Shown here one piece after another: positions 10,165-20,469 of a stretch of DNA of 64,000 bases (position 1 is its first letter; each line of letters opens with the position of its first letter). A program made the translations under genes and the position numbers. This DNA is from Oligoflexia bacterium. Its GTDB lineage: Bacteria > Bdellovibrionota > UBA1018. The notes beneath the pieces are model-generated. The model was given only the letters and a program-made list of their open reading frames with translations. It made no database searches and had not been told where the DNA came from. The stretch lies in contig CAVWVI010000003.1 in assembly GCA_963758495.1 (NCBI GenBank), positions 960,001 through 1,024,000 of the forward strand. The letters run 5' to 3'.

Positions 10165-10779
10165 ATGGTATATAGGAATCGACCTGGTTCTCAAGGTCTT
10201 ATTGAGGTGATCTGTGGAAGTATGTTTAGTGGAAAGACGGAGGAGTTACTCCGCCGAGTGCGACGCGCTCAAATTGCAAAACAGAAAATTCAAGTTTTTA
10301 AGCCACTGATTGATAATCGATATAGTGCGGATCATGTCCAAAGCCATGATTCGAATCGAATCATCTCTCGGCCTCTAGAAAAAGCTCGAGACATTTTAAA
10401 ATATGTTGAGAATAACACACGGGTCGTAGGAATTGATGAAGCCCAATTTTTTGATGAAGGCGTGATCGATGTAGCTCAAAAGCTTGCATATCGAGGAATT
10501 CAAGTCATTATTGCAGGCTTAGATATGGATTTTCGTGGATTGCCTTTTGGACCTATGCCTAAACTTCTCGCCATAGCAGAAGATGTAACTAAATTGTCAG
10601 CTATTTGTGTGATTTGTGGAAACGCAGCTTCTCGAACTCAACGGCTCATCATAGACGGAAATCAAAATAATTCTAAAATTGTAGTAGGAGCCAAAGAAAT
10701 GTACGAAGCCAGATGTCGTTTTTGTCATGAACCTGATCAAGAACCTGCTAAGGTAGAACTTGATCCAGGAGACCTTTGA
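10165..10779 (+). CDS. tdk: Thymidine kinase
   Basis: [25 protein letters not shown], CxxC and YEARCRFCH zinc motifs. Confidence 0.95.
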   Translation: MVYRNRPGSQGLIEVICGSMFSGKTEELLRRVRRAQIAKQKIQVFKPLIDNRYSADHVQSHDSNRIISRPLEKARDILKYVENNTRVVGIDEAQFFDEGVIDVAQKLAYRGIQVIIAGLDMDFRGLPFGPMPKLLAIAEDVTKLSAICVICGNAASRTQRLIIDGNQNNSKIVVGAKEMYEARCRFCHEPDQEPAKVELDPGDL

Positions 10780-11610
10780 ATGAACAAAGCTGACTTTCCC
10801 TATCCAGACTCCCAATTTAACGGAATTCAATATCAGCTCTCAGAAGTGCCTCACAAATATGGTCCAAACATACATTTATTATCCGACCCTTTTCTTCTTT
10901 CACATCTAGCTCAACTCTGCGCCGAAGAAACAACGCAACCCGTCATTAATGAGCTTGTAAACACAATCTATTCGTCATTGTTAAAAACCGTGGTCAATCA
11001 AGAATTTCCAAGGTGCCAAACCCAAATTCGCACGCGAATGGCCGCTTTCCATCCTGAAGGGATATTTCAAGGACCCATCATCGATCCTCATACCCCAGTC
11101 GTTTCAGTCAACCTTGCAAGAGCAGGAACTCTCCCCTCCCATATCTGTTATAATAGTTTAAATTATTTTATGAATCCTCGCACCGTCCGACAAGACCATA
11201 TTAGTATTGGCAGAACGACAGACGAACAAGAAAAAGTTACCGGCAGTGAGGTATCGGGACACAAAATTGGGGGCGGGACTGATGGTGCAATTATTCTATT
11301 CCCTGATCCCATGGGAGCAACCGGCAGCACGCTAGCCAGAGCGCTTGATCTTTATAAAACCCGAGGCAAGGCTCTTAAATTTATTTCTCTTCATTGTATT
11401 GTAACCCCTGAGTATTTAAAAAAAGTGCAAACTTACCATCCGGATCTTAGGGTTTACGCTGTTCGTTTGGATCGTGGACTATCTCCCAAACATGTCTTAG
11501 ACTCTGTACCAGGAACATATTGGGACCAAGAACGCGGACTCAATGATAAACAATATATTGTCCCGGGTGGCGGAGGTTTTGGGGAGGTTATGAACAATGC
11601 ATATATCTGA
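10780..11610 (+). CDS. upp: Uracil phosphoribosyltransferase-like protein, divergent
   Basis: LARAG, DPMGATGST PRPP loop, GLNDKQYIVPG; base-binding loop atypical. Confidence 0.7.
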   Translation: MNKADFPYPDSQFNGIQYQLSEVPHKYGPNIHLLSDPFLLSHLAQLCAEETTQPVINELVNTIYSSLLKTVVNQEFPRCQTQIRTRMAAFHPEGIFQGPIIDPHTPVVSVNLARAGTLPSHICYNSLNYFMNPRTVRQDHISIGRTTDEQEKVTGSEVSGHKIGGGTDGAIILFPDPMGATGSTLARALDLYKTRGKALKFISLHCIVTPEYLKKVQTYHPDLRVYAVRLDRGLSPKHVLDSVPGTYWDQERGLNDKQYIVPGGGGFGEVMNNAYI

Positions 11611-12145
11611 TGAAAAAAAGCATAAACAACATAATATTTTAATTCCTGAGGTAAAACTGCAGGCCAGAGTGACTGAACTTGCTCAAGAGATTAATCATGA
11701 TTACCGAGGGCGAGAAGTTACTGCCGTCTGTATTTTAAAAGGAAGTTTTATTTTCTTTTCAGACGTCATACGTCGCCTCGAATCACCCATGACTTGTGAA
11801 TTTCTAGGTGTCTCTAGTTATGGAAACAAGATGGTTTCTTCTGGGGAAGTCAAAGTGACTTTAGATATCAATGAACCTTTGGAGGGGCGTCACGTCATCG
11901 TATTCGAAGATATCGTAGACTCTGGACTTACCCTTTCGTATATTATGAGTTCATTACGAGCTCGAAAACCGGCATCCTTAAAAAGTTGCTCGCTCTTATT
12001 GAAACCTGATTGCTTAAAAACAAGCATTGATGTGGATTATGTAGGTTTTAAAATTGGTAAAGAGTTTGTCATTGGATATGGAATAGATTACGCAGGAAGG
12101 TTTAGAGAACTGCCTTATATTGGCTATATAGAACATGGTCACTAA
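11597..12145 (+). CDS. hpt: Hypoxanthine phosphoribosyltransferase
   Basis: ILKGSFIF, VSSYG, FEDIVDSGLTL, FVIGYGIDY motifs. Confidence 0.93.
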   Translation: MHISDEKKHKQHNILIPEVKLQARVTELAQEINHDYRGREVTAVCILKGSFIFFSDVIRRLESPMTCEFLGVSSYGNKMVSSGEVKVTLDINEPLEGRHVIVFEDIVDSGLTLSYIMSSLRARKPASLKSCSLLLKPDCLKTSIDVDYVGFKIGKEFVIGYGIDYAGRFRELPYIGYIEHGH

Positions 12146-13247
12146 ATATATTCATGCACGCGCTCCGACTCGAATTGATCTTGCGGGTGGCACTTTAGAC
12201 ATCTGGCCCCTCTATCTTTTCCTCAAAGCTCCTGTCACGATCAATTTAGGTATAGACTTGTATGCTGAAGCGACCCTAGAAACCTCCTCAAAGCTGAACG
12301 AAGGACAAGTCGTTCTCAAGTCAGAAGATCAAAATGCGGAACTCAAACTTTCCTGGAAGGACTTTGAACGTTCCACCCCGATCCATCGAAACTTAGAACT
12401 TCACTTTCGATTATTAAAGTATTTTTTGGAGAAGAAAACTGCAGCAGGACTTTTTGATTCTAACATGAACCTGACCTTGACCACGCGAGCTCATAGCCCC
12501 TCAGGAGCCGGCCTAGGAGGCTCTTCTACTTTGAGTATTGCTATGATTGGAGCTTTATCTACATGGGCTTCAAACTCGAGTGCAGAACACCCATTCATTC
12601 CACAGGAAGTGGGAGAAGATTTTATTCAAATCGTACGCGACATTGAAACTACCGTAATTCAAGTACCTGCTGGGCTACAAGACTATTATGGAGCCATGTA
12701 TGGGGGACTTCAGACTCTTCGATGGGGGCCTGGTGCTCATGAGCACGAATGGTTACCGGAAGAGCTCCTCCATGAACTTGACGATCGCATATTACTTTTT
12801 TATTCAGGACATTCTAGAAATTCTGGGATCAACAATTGGGCCTTATTCAAAGGTTTCATTGATCAGCAAGACGAAATTAGGTCTAAATTTGAAAAGATCT
12901 CTCATGCTACTCAACAATTAGAAAAAGCCTTAAGAAGTCGCGATTGGATCAAGGTAGGGGAGGCAATTCAAGAAGAATGGGCCATTAGAAAGACATTGGC
13001 GTCGGGAATCAGCACTCCGGAAATCGATCGTGCAATAGCTTCAGCGTCTGAGCTCACTCCTCTTTCTTCAAAAATATGTGGTGCGGGTGGAGGTGGATGC
13101 TTTTTTATTTACCTCCCGATCAACTCAACCATTCAAAGGACTGAATTAAAAACTCGCATCCAAAAACTCATTGCCGATCAGGGCATGCGTCCGCTCGAAT
13201 TTCATGGAGTACCTCGTGGACTGGAGGTACGGGTGACTCGTGCCTGA
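12135..13247 (+). CDS. GHMP-family sugar kinase, HddA-like
   Basis: APTRIDLAGGTLD, PSGAGLGGSS, GLQDYY and KICGAGGGG motifs. Confidence 0.85.
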   Translation: MVTKYIHARAPTRIDLAGGTLDIWPLYLFLKAPVTINLGIDLYAEATLETSSKLNEGQVVLKSEDQNAELKLSWKDFERSTPIHRNLELHFRLLKYFLEKKTAAGLFDSNMNLTLTTRAHSPSGAGLGGSSTLSIAMIGALSTWASNSSAEHPFIPQEVGEDFIQIVRDIETTVIQVPAGLQDYYGAMYGGLQTLRWGPGAHEHEWLPEELLHELDDRILLFYSGHSRNSGINNWALFKGFIDQQDEIRSKFEKISHATQQLEKALRSRDWIKVGEAIQEEWAIRKTLASGISTPEIDRAIASASELTPLSSKICGAGGGGCFFIYLPINSTIQRTELKTRIQKLIADQGMRPLEFHGVPRGLEVRVTRA

Positions 13248-14049
13248 AACCCGAAGGTATCTCGGGATTGAGCTTGCAGGAGCAAAAAACCAAAAGACGA
13301 CACTCGCGGTTATTGAATTTTATCCAAAAGAGAAAAAAACATTCTTATTAGAAATTTTTGATCGAATTGCTAACCGAGAAAATCAAACTAATGATGAGGC
13401 CCTCTTAGAGATTATTCAAGAAATGAGCTCATTTCATTCAAAGGTGGGTGTAAATGTTCCTCTCGAACTCCCACCCTGTATTACCTGTACTCGTAAAAAA
13501 TGCCCTCTTCCTACACATTGCACCGTACCTGTTGTGAAATGGATGCGAGAATTCAGCTTAAAAAAAGATTTTACTCCATATACTCAACGGCCTATCGAGC
13601 TTTGGATTCGATATCAGGTTCTTCCTCGACTAGCAGGAAATACCTTATTTGAAGTAGATGAAACCCTGGGTGGTAGTCGAGCACCCCTCACTGCGCGAAT
13701 GAATTTTCTTAAACGACACTTAGAAGATCTTACCTTATTCGAAGTCTGGCCGAAACTTACAATGGAGATTTTGATTTCTCAGCTGAAAATTGAAAAAAGA
13801 ATTGCTAATCATTATCGAAAACTCGAAGATGGAGCTCATGCTCGTGAGGAAATCCTCACCCAATTAGCAAAAGATAATGAAATTTTTATTTATGAAAGAG
13901 ATTTTAAAAAACTTTCCCTTAATCTGGCTTCTTTTGACGCATTCATTTGTGCATTTACCGTGTTGATGGCTGATCAAAAACAGTGTGTTAAAATTCCAAA
14001 AGGATTTCCAACTGCCTCCGGGTGGGTTAACTACCCGCAGTTGGATTAA
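13240..14049 (+). CDS. DUF429-like protein (predicted RNase H-fold nuclease)
   Basis: YLGIELAG, VGVNVPL, FEVWP, FDAFICA pattern; Cys-rich insert. Confidence 0.6.
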   Translation: MPETRRYLGIELAGAKNQKTTLAVIEFYPKEKKTFLLEIFDRIANRENQTNDEALLEIIQEMSSFHSKVGVNVPLELPPCITCTRKKCPLPTHCTVPVVKWMREFSLKKDFTPYTQRPIELWIRYQVLPRLAGNTLFEVDETLGGSRAPLTARMNFLKRHLEDLTLFEVWPKLTMEILISQLKIEKRIANHYRKLEDGAHAREEILTQLAKDNEIFIYERDFKKLSLNLASFDAFICAFTVLMADQKQCVKIPKGFPTASGWVNYPQLD

Positions 14050-14060
14050 AAAGATTACCG

Positions 14061-14984
14061 ATGTTAGCTTATATCAGTCGACGGATTTTCGGAGCCATTT
14101 GCACTCTCTTCCTTTTAACCGCTCTTACTTTTTTTCTACTACGATTAGCTCCAGGAGGTCCTTTCGACTCAGATCAAGCCTGGCCTCCAGAAATACAGGC
14201 AAATATGAACCAGAGATATGGACTGGATATGCCCGTCACTACCCAGTTTCGAATCTGGCTAACGGATTTGACCCATGGAGATCTCAGAGAATCTTTTCAA
14301 TTCACTGGACGACCGATATCTGAGCTTATTGAGGAAGCGCTGCCACCTTCTGCATTACTGGGCGGATGTGCTCTTTTCATATCTTTAATACTAGGTATTC
14401 CCATGGGATGTATTGCTGCTTGGAAACAAAAGAGCTGGATAGATCAATTCATATCAGCCATTACAGTTTCAGGACTCAGTTTACCTAGTTACCTCTTAGC
14501 CAGTCTACTCATTCTCATTTTCTCCCTCAAGCTCAACTGGCTCCCTCCCGCACTTTGGGAAAATTACAGCTCAATGGTTCTTCCGATGATCACTTTAAGC
14601 TGGAGGCCAATGGCAATTATTGCTCGGCTTACCCGCATCTCCATGCTGGAAGTTTCATCTTCTGATTATATTCGAACCGCTTACGGAAAGGGCCTTTCAG
14701 AAATTAAGGTTGTATTTAAACATAGTTTGATTAACTCGCTAGTTCCCGTGATTACCGCATTAGGTCCTATTGCAGCCAATCTCATCACAGGTTCATTTTT
14801 AGTGGAAGTGATTTTCCAAATTCCTGGATTGGGAAAATATTTTGTGCAGGCAATTCTCAATCGAGATTACCCACTCGTAATGGGTGTAACCTTAACCTAT
14901 GGGGTCATTCTTATCGTAGCAAATCTTATAGTCGATATTTTATATTCGTGGATTGACCCTAGAATTCGGATTGGAGTGCCTTGA
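14061..14984 (+). CDS. oppB: Oligopeptide ABC permease OppB
   Basis: LAPGGPF, YGLD.P, DYIRTAYGKGL EAA loop, NRDYPLV. Confidence 0.9.
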   Translation: MLAYISRRIFGAICTLFLLTALTFFLLRLAPGGPFDSDQAWPPEIQANMNQRYGLDMPVTTQFRIWLTDLTHGDLRESFQFTGRPISELIEEALPPSALLGGCALFISLILGIPMGCIAAWKQKSWIDQFISAITVSGLSLPSYLLASLLILIFSLKLNWLPPALWENYSSMVLPMITLSWRPMAIIARLTRISMLEVSSSDYIRTAYGKGLSEIKVVFKHSLINSLVPVITALGPIAANLITGSFLVEVIFQIPGLGKYFVQAILNRDYPLVMGVTLTYGVILIVANLIVDILYSWIDPRIRIGVP

Positions 14985-14987
14985 CTG

Positions 14988-15821
14988 ATGTGGAAATGGG
15001 ATCACTTAATTAAAAATAAACTAGCTTTCATGAGTCTAATTTTCCTGATTTGCATCGCACTTCTTTCAATTTTTGCACCCTATTTGACACGGTTTTCCTA
15101 TGAAGAGCAAAACATCGTCGATAAACTTCAAGGGCCCTCACTCACTCACTGGCTAGGCACAGACGCCTTGGGCCGGGATCTCTATAGTCGAATTATTTAT
15201 GGTGCTCGGATGTCCCTCTCTGTAGGAGTATTAACGGGAATCTTCTCATTAGTGCTCGGCCTGTTGATTGGCACTATTGCAGGTTATAAAGGTGGATGGA
15301 TTGACGAATTACTCATGAGAATCGTGGATTTATTCTATATTTTTCCATCGTCACTTTTAGCAATTCTTCTCATGTTGATCTTTGGCCGCGGATTTGTTGG
15401 AATCATTTTTACACTAAGTATTACCTCTTGGATTACTCAAGCTAGACTCGTTCGAGCACAAATTCTACAAATTCGTGAATTGACCTACATCGAGGCAGCT
15501 CAAGCTCTTGGCGCTAGGAGTTATAAAATAGTGATCCGTCATATGATCCCTAATTTATTGGGTCCCCTCATTGTTTCACTCACAGTTCAAATTCCAACGA
15601 ATATTATGGCTGAAAGTTTCCTTTCCTTTATTGGTCTTGGACTTCAGCCCCCCTATTCAAGCTGGGGAACACTCTCAAATGAGGGATTTAGAGCCATGCA
15701 AAGCTTCCCCCATTTGATTATCTTCCCCGGCGGTGTACTCTTTATCACAATGCTTGCATTTAACTATTTGGGTGATGGAATCGCTGAGATTTTCTCAACC
15801 CAGCCGAGTGGACGACTGTAA
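14988..15821 (+). CDS. oppC: Oligopeptide ABC permease OppC
   Basis: HWLGTDALGRD, YIEAAQALGA, ESFLSFIGLG, SWG motifs. Confidence 0.9.
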   Translation: MWKWDHLIKNKLAFMSLIFLICIALLSIFAPYLTRFSYEEQNIVDKLQGPSLTHWLGTDALGRDLYSRIIYGARMSLSVGVLTGIFSLVLGLLIGTIAGYKGGWIDELLMRIVDLFYIFPSSLLAILLMLIFGRGFVGIIFTLSITSWITQARLVRAQILQIRELTYIEAAQALGARSYKIVIRHMIPNLLGPLIVSLTVQIPTNIMAESFLSFIGLGLQPPYSSWGTLSNEGFRAMQSFPHLIIFPGGVLFITMLAFNYLGDGIAEIFSTQPSGRL

Positions 15822-15834
15822 AGAAGGTGAAACG

Positions 15835-16995
15835 ATGCACGAACACTACGATCTAATTATCGCAGGAGGCGGGCTTGCTGGAGGGCTCTTAGCTTATCGT
15901 CTTTCCCAACTTCGACCTAACCTCCGTTTTCTTCTCATAGAGCAGGAAAAGCTCTTAGGAGGAAATCACACTTGGTCTTTTCATACTACTGATCTGACTG
16001 AGAAGGAACTTCATTGGATTACGCCTTTTATTTCTAAAAGCTGGAAAAGTCATCAAATTCAATTTTCAAAATACAGTCGCACTATTTCATCTGGCTATCA
16101 TTCCGTTCGATCGGAAAATTTTCACAAAATCATCTCTGCAGAACTGGGAGCCAAAGCGATCACAAATTGTTTAATTAAACATTTGAGTGAAAATGAAGTT
16201 CTTCTTCAAAATGAAAGAAAACTAAAATCGTCCTGCGTTATTGATGCCCGAGGATTTCGACAACAAGATCCCTCTCGAGAAGGATACCCACAGCAAGGGT
16301 TTCAAAAATTTTTAGGATTCGATGTCACACTAGAGAATCCTCACGGACTCGCAGCTCCTACGTTGATGGATGCCACTTGTCCTCAGGAAGATGGCTTTCG
16401 ATTCTTTTATCTCTTACCCTGGACTGAAACGTCACTCTTGATTGAAGATACTCGCTATAGTGATTCACCTACTATCAACCTTGAGCTTTTTACTGCTTCA
16501 ATCCATAGCTATGCGCAATCGCGCAAATGGAAAATTCAATCTATCGAACGAAAAGAATTCGGTGTCCTACCCATTCCATTCAAATCTCCAGTAGACTCCT
16601 CTCACTATCAGCAACAAGGTGTCCCAAAGATTGGAACCAATGCCGGATTCTTTCATCCAACTACTGGCTATTCCCTGGCACATTCCATTCGATTAGCTGA
16701 TCAAATTAGTGCAGTTCCAGCTTTGGACAGTGCCTTTCTTTGTGAGTTTTTACATGATTACGCTATGGATTTAAGTAACCGTATGAAATTTCATTGCCTT
16801 TTGAATCGAATGTTGTTTCTCGCAGCAAATCCGTCTGATCGTTATAAGATACTAGAAAAGCTTTATCGACTTCCCGATGGGATCGTGGCGCGATTTTATG
16901 CAGATCAACTTTCAAATTGGGACTGCTTTCGTATTTTATTTGGGAAACCACCGGTCCCACTTCGAAAAGCAATTGAATGCCTATATATTAATTAG
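15835..16995 (+). CDS. crtY: Lycopene beta-cyclase CrtY
   Basis: GGGLAG FAD motif, GGNHTWSFH, QKFLG, LMDAT..Q.DGFRF.Y.LP, IEDTRYSD, FHPTTGYSL, LNRMLF, GKPPVP; ATG at 15835 has a GAAGGTG SD. Confidence 0.92.
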   Translation: MHEHYDLIIAGGGLAGGLLAYRLSQLRPNLRFLLIEQEKLLGGNHTWSFHTTDLTEKELHWITPFISKSWKSHQIQFSKYSRTISSGYHSVRSENFHKIISAELGAKAITNCLIKHLSENEVLLQNERKLKSSCVIDARGFRQQDPSREGYPQQGFQKFLGFDVTLENPHGLAAPTLMDATCPQEDGFRFFYLLPWTETSLLIEDTRYSDSPTINLELFTASIHSYAQSRKWKIQSIERKEFGVLPIPFKSPVDSSHYQQQGVPKIGTNAGFFHPTTGYSLAHSIRLADQISAVPALDSAFLCEFLHDYAMDLSNRMKFHCLLNRMLFLAANPSDRYKILEKLYRLPDGIVARFYADQLSNWDCFRILFGKPPVPLRKAIECLYIN

Positions 16996-17000
16996 TATCT

Positions 17001-18173
17001 ATGGTGCCTGAACGCCAAAAACTGGTCTTTCTTACTGAAGAGTATCCATACCCACCCCAGGGTGGTGGAAAATTGAGAGACTATTCGATGCTCGAAATTT
17101 TTCGACAAAAATTTGACGTTAAACTTTTAACTTTCTCGGGCCTAAATACATCCTCACTCCCTCCTCCAGGAGTTCAAGTCCAGTTCGTGCGCTATGATCA
17201 ACCCTCGCTATTGAGAAGAATCTGGGGCAAACTTAGAACCTATATCATCAATGGCTATAGCTTAAATATGGAACACACACTTCTAGAACAAGCTAAGCAA
17301 TCTAAATTTCTTTGGATTTCACGATTATCCATGGCGAAATATCTCCGCTCCGCCCAACTCATGGGTTATACGGTTTTACTGGATGAGCATAATGTAGAAA
17401 GTGATTTACTGATTCAAGCCGCACTCAAAAGACCATGGGATCTGTGGCATCTCGCACTTGCTCTTGATTGCCGCCATCAAGAAGCCAAATATTGTCATTT
17501 AGCAAGCACGGTCATCGCGACTTCCCAAAAGGACGCAAACCTTCTTCATCGACTTGCACCGTCTACTCACATTGCCGTTTTACCTAATACAATCGACTCA
17601 TACCCCTATCGAACGATTCGAAATGAGATTGGAACTCGCTTTCTATTTATTGGAACGTTAAATTATCAACCTAATGTTGAAGGATTAGCTTGGTTTCTGC
17701 ACAAAATTTTCCCCAGATTGAAAAGTCAGATGCCTGAGAGCGATCTCAAAATAAGAGTAGCAGGCTCCCATCCTTCTCATCGACTGAGACTTGAACTTGA
17801 AAGTGCTGGTATTGAGGTCATCACGAATCCAAGTACTGTCTTACCTCTTCTTAAAGATGCTGCCGTTATTTTCATTCCCTTATTATCAGGAAGTGGAACT
17901 CGACTTAAAATCATAGAGGCAATGGCAGCAGGACGCGCCATTGTGAGTACTACAAAGGGCGCCGAAGGAATTGAATTCATAAAGAATAAGGAAATCGCAG
18001 TGGCAGATACTCCGAATGCATTTGCAGATGAGATGGTTCAACTCTACAACGATCTAGCACGACGTCAAGCGATGGGAGTGAAAGCAAGTCATCTTGCCGA
18101 ATCCCTTTATGATTGGAGATCTATCGAGAAAAGTACACTAGAAGTTCTGAGCAATACGGGTAGTTTTTCATGA
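17001..18173 (+). CDS. Glycosyltransferase family 4
   Basis: PYPPQGGGKLR, DEHNVE, GTLNYQPN, GSGTRLKIIEAMAAG. Confidence 0.9.
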   Translation: MVPERQKLVFLTEEYPYPPQGGGKLRDYSMLEIFRQKFDVKLLTFSGLNTSSLPPPGVQVQFVRYDQPSLLRRIWGKLRTYIINGYSLNMEHTLLEQAKQSKFLWISRLSMAKYLRSAQLMGYTVLLDEHNVESDLLIQAALKRPWDLWHLALALDCRHQEAKYCHLASTVIATSQKDANLLHRLAPSTHIAVLPNTIDSYPYRTIRNEIGTRFLFIGTLNYQPNVEGLAWFLHKIFPRLKSQMPESDLKIRVAGSHPSHRLRLELESAGIEVITNPSTVLPLLKDAAVIFIPLLSGSGTRLKIIEAMAAGRAIVSTTKGAEGIEFIKNKEIAVADTPNAFADEMVQLYNDLARRQAMGVKASHLAESLYDWRSIEKSTLEVLSNTGSFS

Positions 18174-19318
18174 GGATATTACAGATTGGAAAATTCTATT
18201 CTCCAGCATTAGGAGGTATTGAAACTGTAGTCCAAACCTTATCCGAAGGACTCAATCAAGCAGGAGTGGAAGTCACAGTAGTCTGCGCTAATCAGGAACC
18301 TCATTTTTCTGAAAATACCTTAAATGGAGTAAAAATACTTCGCCTTCCGTACTTTGGTAAACTTTTTTCTCAACCTATTACGCCCACGCTTTGGCGAATG
18401 ATCAATCGTTCAGCGAGTGTATTCGACATCATGCATTTTCATGTACCTAATCCTCTTGCGGAACTTTCTGCGCTCACAATTCCCCAAAAAACACGCTGGG
18501 TGGCAACCTACCACGCCGATGTCACTCAACAACGTCTACTACTTCCATTTTATAAACCTTTATTAAATCGCTTTTTAGATCAATCAAAAAGAATCATTGT
18601 ACCCACTCAGGCACATATCGACTATTCTCCATTTTTGACATCACTCCGTGATCAATCTAAATTTGATATTATTCCGTTCGGACTGGATTCCACGCGCTTT
18701 AAAATAACTTCCCATACGATTGAACTTTCAAATCAGCTCAAATTAAAATACGGACGCTTCCTGCTTTTTGTAGGTAGACTTGTCGAATATAAAGGCGTTC
18801 AATACCTCCTAGATGCCATGAAATTAATTACACACCAGATCACAGACTTAAATTTAGTTATTTTAGGAGATGGGCCTCTCAAAGAAAATTTAATGGACGA
18901 TGTAGTTCAAAGTGGTCTCACTTCTCGAATTTATTTTGATTCGAATGTAAAAGATGAACTCCTTCTTCATTCACATTATCACGCATGCGAATTTTTTGTA
19001 CTCCCCTCCATCAGTCGTGCAGAGGCTTTTGGCATGGTCCTCTTGGAAGCTATGGCATTTGGTAAACCCCTGATCACAACCCGCTTGTTAACTGGAATTC
19101 AGGTCGTCAATACTCACGAAGTCACAGGAATACAAGTTCCCCCTCGTGATCCCCAAGCGCTCTCAAAAGCTGTAATTCAACTCGCAGAATCAAAGGAATT
19201 ACGTGAAAAGATGGGAAAAGCATCCAGAGACAAATTCCTTGCTCAATACACGAGTGATGCCATGGTAACCGCTCACGTGAAAACTTACCTGAATATTATG
19301 GGAGGTTATTCAAAATGA
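18170..19318 (+). CDS. Glycosyltransferase family 4
   Basis: KFYSPALGGIE, FVGRLVEYKG, EAFGMVLLEAM (EX7E). Confidence 0.9.
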   Translation: MRILQIGKFYSPALGGIETVVQTLSEGLNQAGVEVTVVCANQEPHFSENTLNGVKILRLPYFGKLFSQPITPTLWRMINRSASVFDIMHFHVPNPLAELSALTIPQKTRWVATYHADVTQQRLLLPFYKPLLNRFLDQSKRIIVPTQAHIDYSPFLTSLRDQSKFDIIPFGLDSTRFKITSHTIELSNQLKLKYGRFLLFVGRLVEYKGVQYLLDAMKLITHQITDLNLVILGDGPLKENLMDDVVQSGLTSRIYFDSNVKDELLLHSHYHACEFFVLPSISRAEAFGMVLLEAMAFGKPLITTRLLTGIQVVNTHEVTGIQVPPRDPQALSKAVIQLAESKELREKMGKASRDKFLAQYTSDAMVTAHVKTYLNIMGGYSK

Positions 19319-20469
19319 CTCGACTACTTGTGATGTCGCATGCTGCAGTTCTCAATGTGAACCGAAGTCTGTTTGAAAGTCTCGCAGATATAGCCCATGT
19401 TGATATTACACTGGTAGCTCCCATAAATTGGAAAGGAGATTTGATTCGAGATTTAAAATTTCAAAATTCTAATCCTCGTAAGAACTTTAAAGTCATAGGA
19501 CTTCCTGTTTCACTATCTGGAAATGGATCTTTTTTCTTCTATCGATCATCGCTTCACACCCTGATTAAAACGGTTCAACCGGACTTCGCATTTTTAGATG
19601 AAGAACCTTGGAGCTTAGCTGCTTTTCAAGCTTCTCATGCATTAAAGGGGATCGGCTTCTGTTTCTACACAAAGCAAAATATCAAAAAAAGACTCCCCTT
19701 TCCTTTTCGAATCATCGAGCAAGCGGTGTTCAAACGTTCTTCTTTTGCACTCGTCATCTCTCAAGAGGTATCTAGTGTATTAGATTGGAAAAGGTATAAA
19801 AATAAAACACACTCACTCCCCCACTCCTACGACCCCGCTTTATTCCAAATTTTAAACCCTAAAGATAAAGCTGAACTTCGAAAATCACTCAACATTCCTA
19901 TGAATTCTATCGTAGTTTCCTATTTTGGAAGACTCGCTGAAGAAAAGGGAATCCTTGATTTACTCAACGCCATGAGTTCCATTTTAAGCAAACCTCAATT
20001 TGAGAATATACATTTTCTCTGCGTAGGAAATGGCCCCCTCTACAACAGCATAAAAACCAAGTGTGCTCAACTTCCACCCCACTCGATCACTTTACTCCAT
20101 GCATTACCCCACCACCTAGTCGGACAAACCCTTGCAGTAAGTGATATTCTGGTTTTACCTTCGAGGACAACTCCTCATTGGAAAGAGCAATTTGGACGGA
20201 TCCTGATAGAAGCTATGGGGTGCGGGGTAGCAGTCATTGGATCTGATTCAGGTGAAATACCCCATCTCATTACTCAAACCAATGGAGGCGTTATTTTTCC
20301 CGAAGGAGATCAAAACCTATTAGAGCAACGGATTTCAGAACTGATCTTGAATTCTTCAGAAATGGAAAAATTTAAAAAAAAGGGCTATGCCTATGCTTCT
20401 GCTGAATTCACGCACGAAAAAGTTGCAAAAAAGCTCGCAACACTCCTAAATATTCCCCTCAAAAAATGA
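19315..20469 (+). CDS. Glycosyltransferase family 4
   Basis: DEEPWS, GRLAEEKG, WKEQFGRILIEAM (EX7E). Confidence 0.9.
   Translation: MTRLLVMSHAAVLNVNRSLFESLADIAHVDITLVAPINWKGDLIRDLKFQNSNPRKNFKVIGLPVSLSGNGSFFFYRSSLHTLIKTVQPDFAFLDEEPWSLAAFQASHALKGIGFCFYTKQNIKKRLPFPFRIIEQAVFKRSSFALVISQEVSSVLDWKRYKNKTHSLPHSYDPALFQILNPKDKAELRKSLNIPMNSIVVSYFGRLAEEKGILDLLNAMSSILSKPQFENIHFLCVGNGPLYNSIKTKCAQLPPHSITLLHALPHHLVGQTLAVSDILVLPSRTTPHWKEQFGRILIEAMGCGVAVIGSDSGEIPHLITQTNGGVIFPEGDQNLLEQRISELILNSSEMEKFKKKGYAYASAEFTHEKVAKKLATLLNIPLKK

Noticed and set aside
15733..15834. N-terminal extension of the crtY ORF
   Set aside because: Overlaps oppC; the ATG at 15835 has an SD and directly precedes the FAD-binding motif
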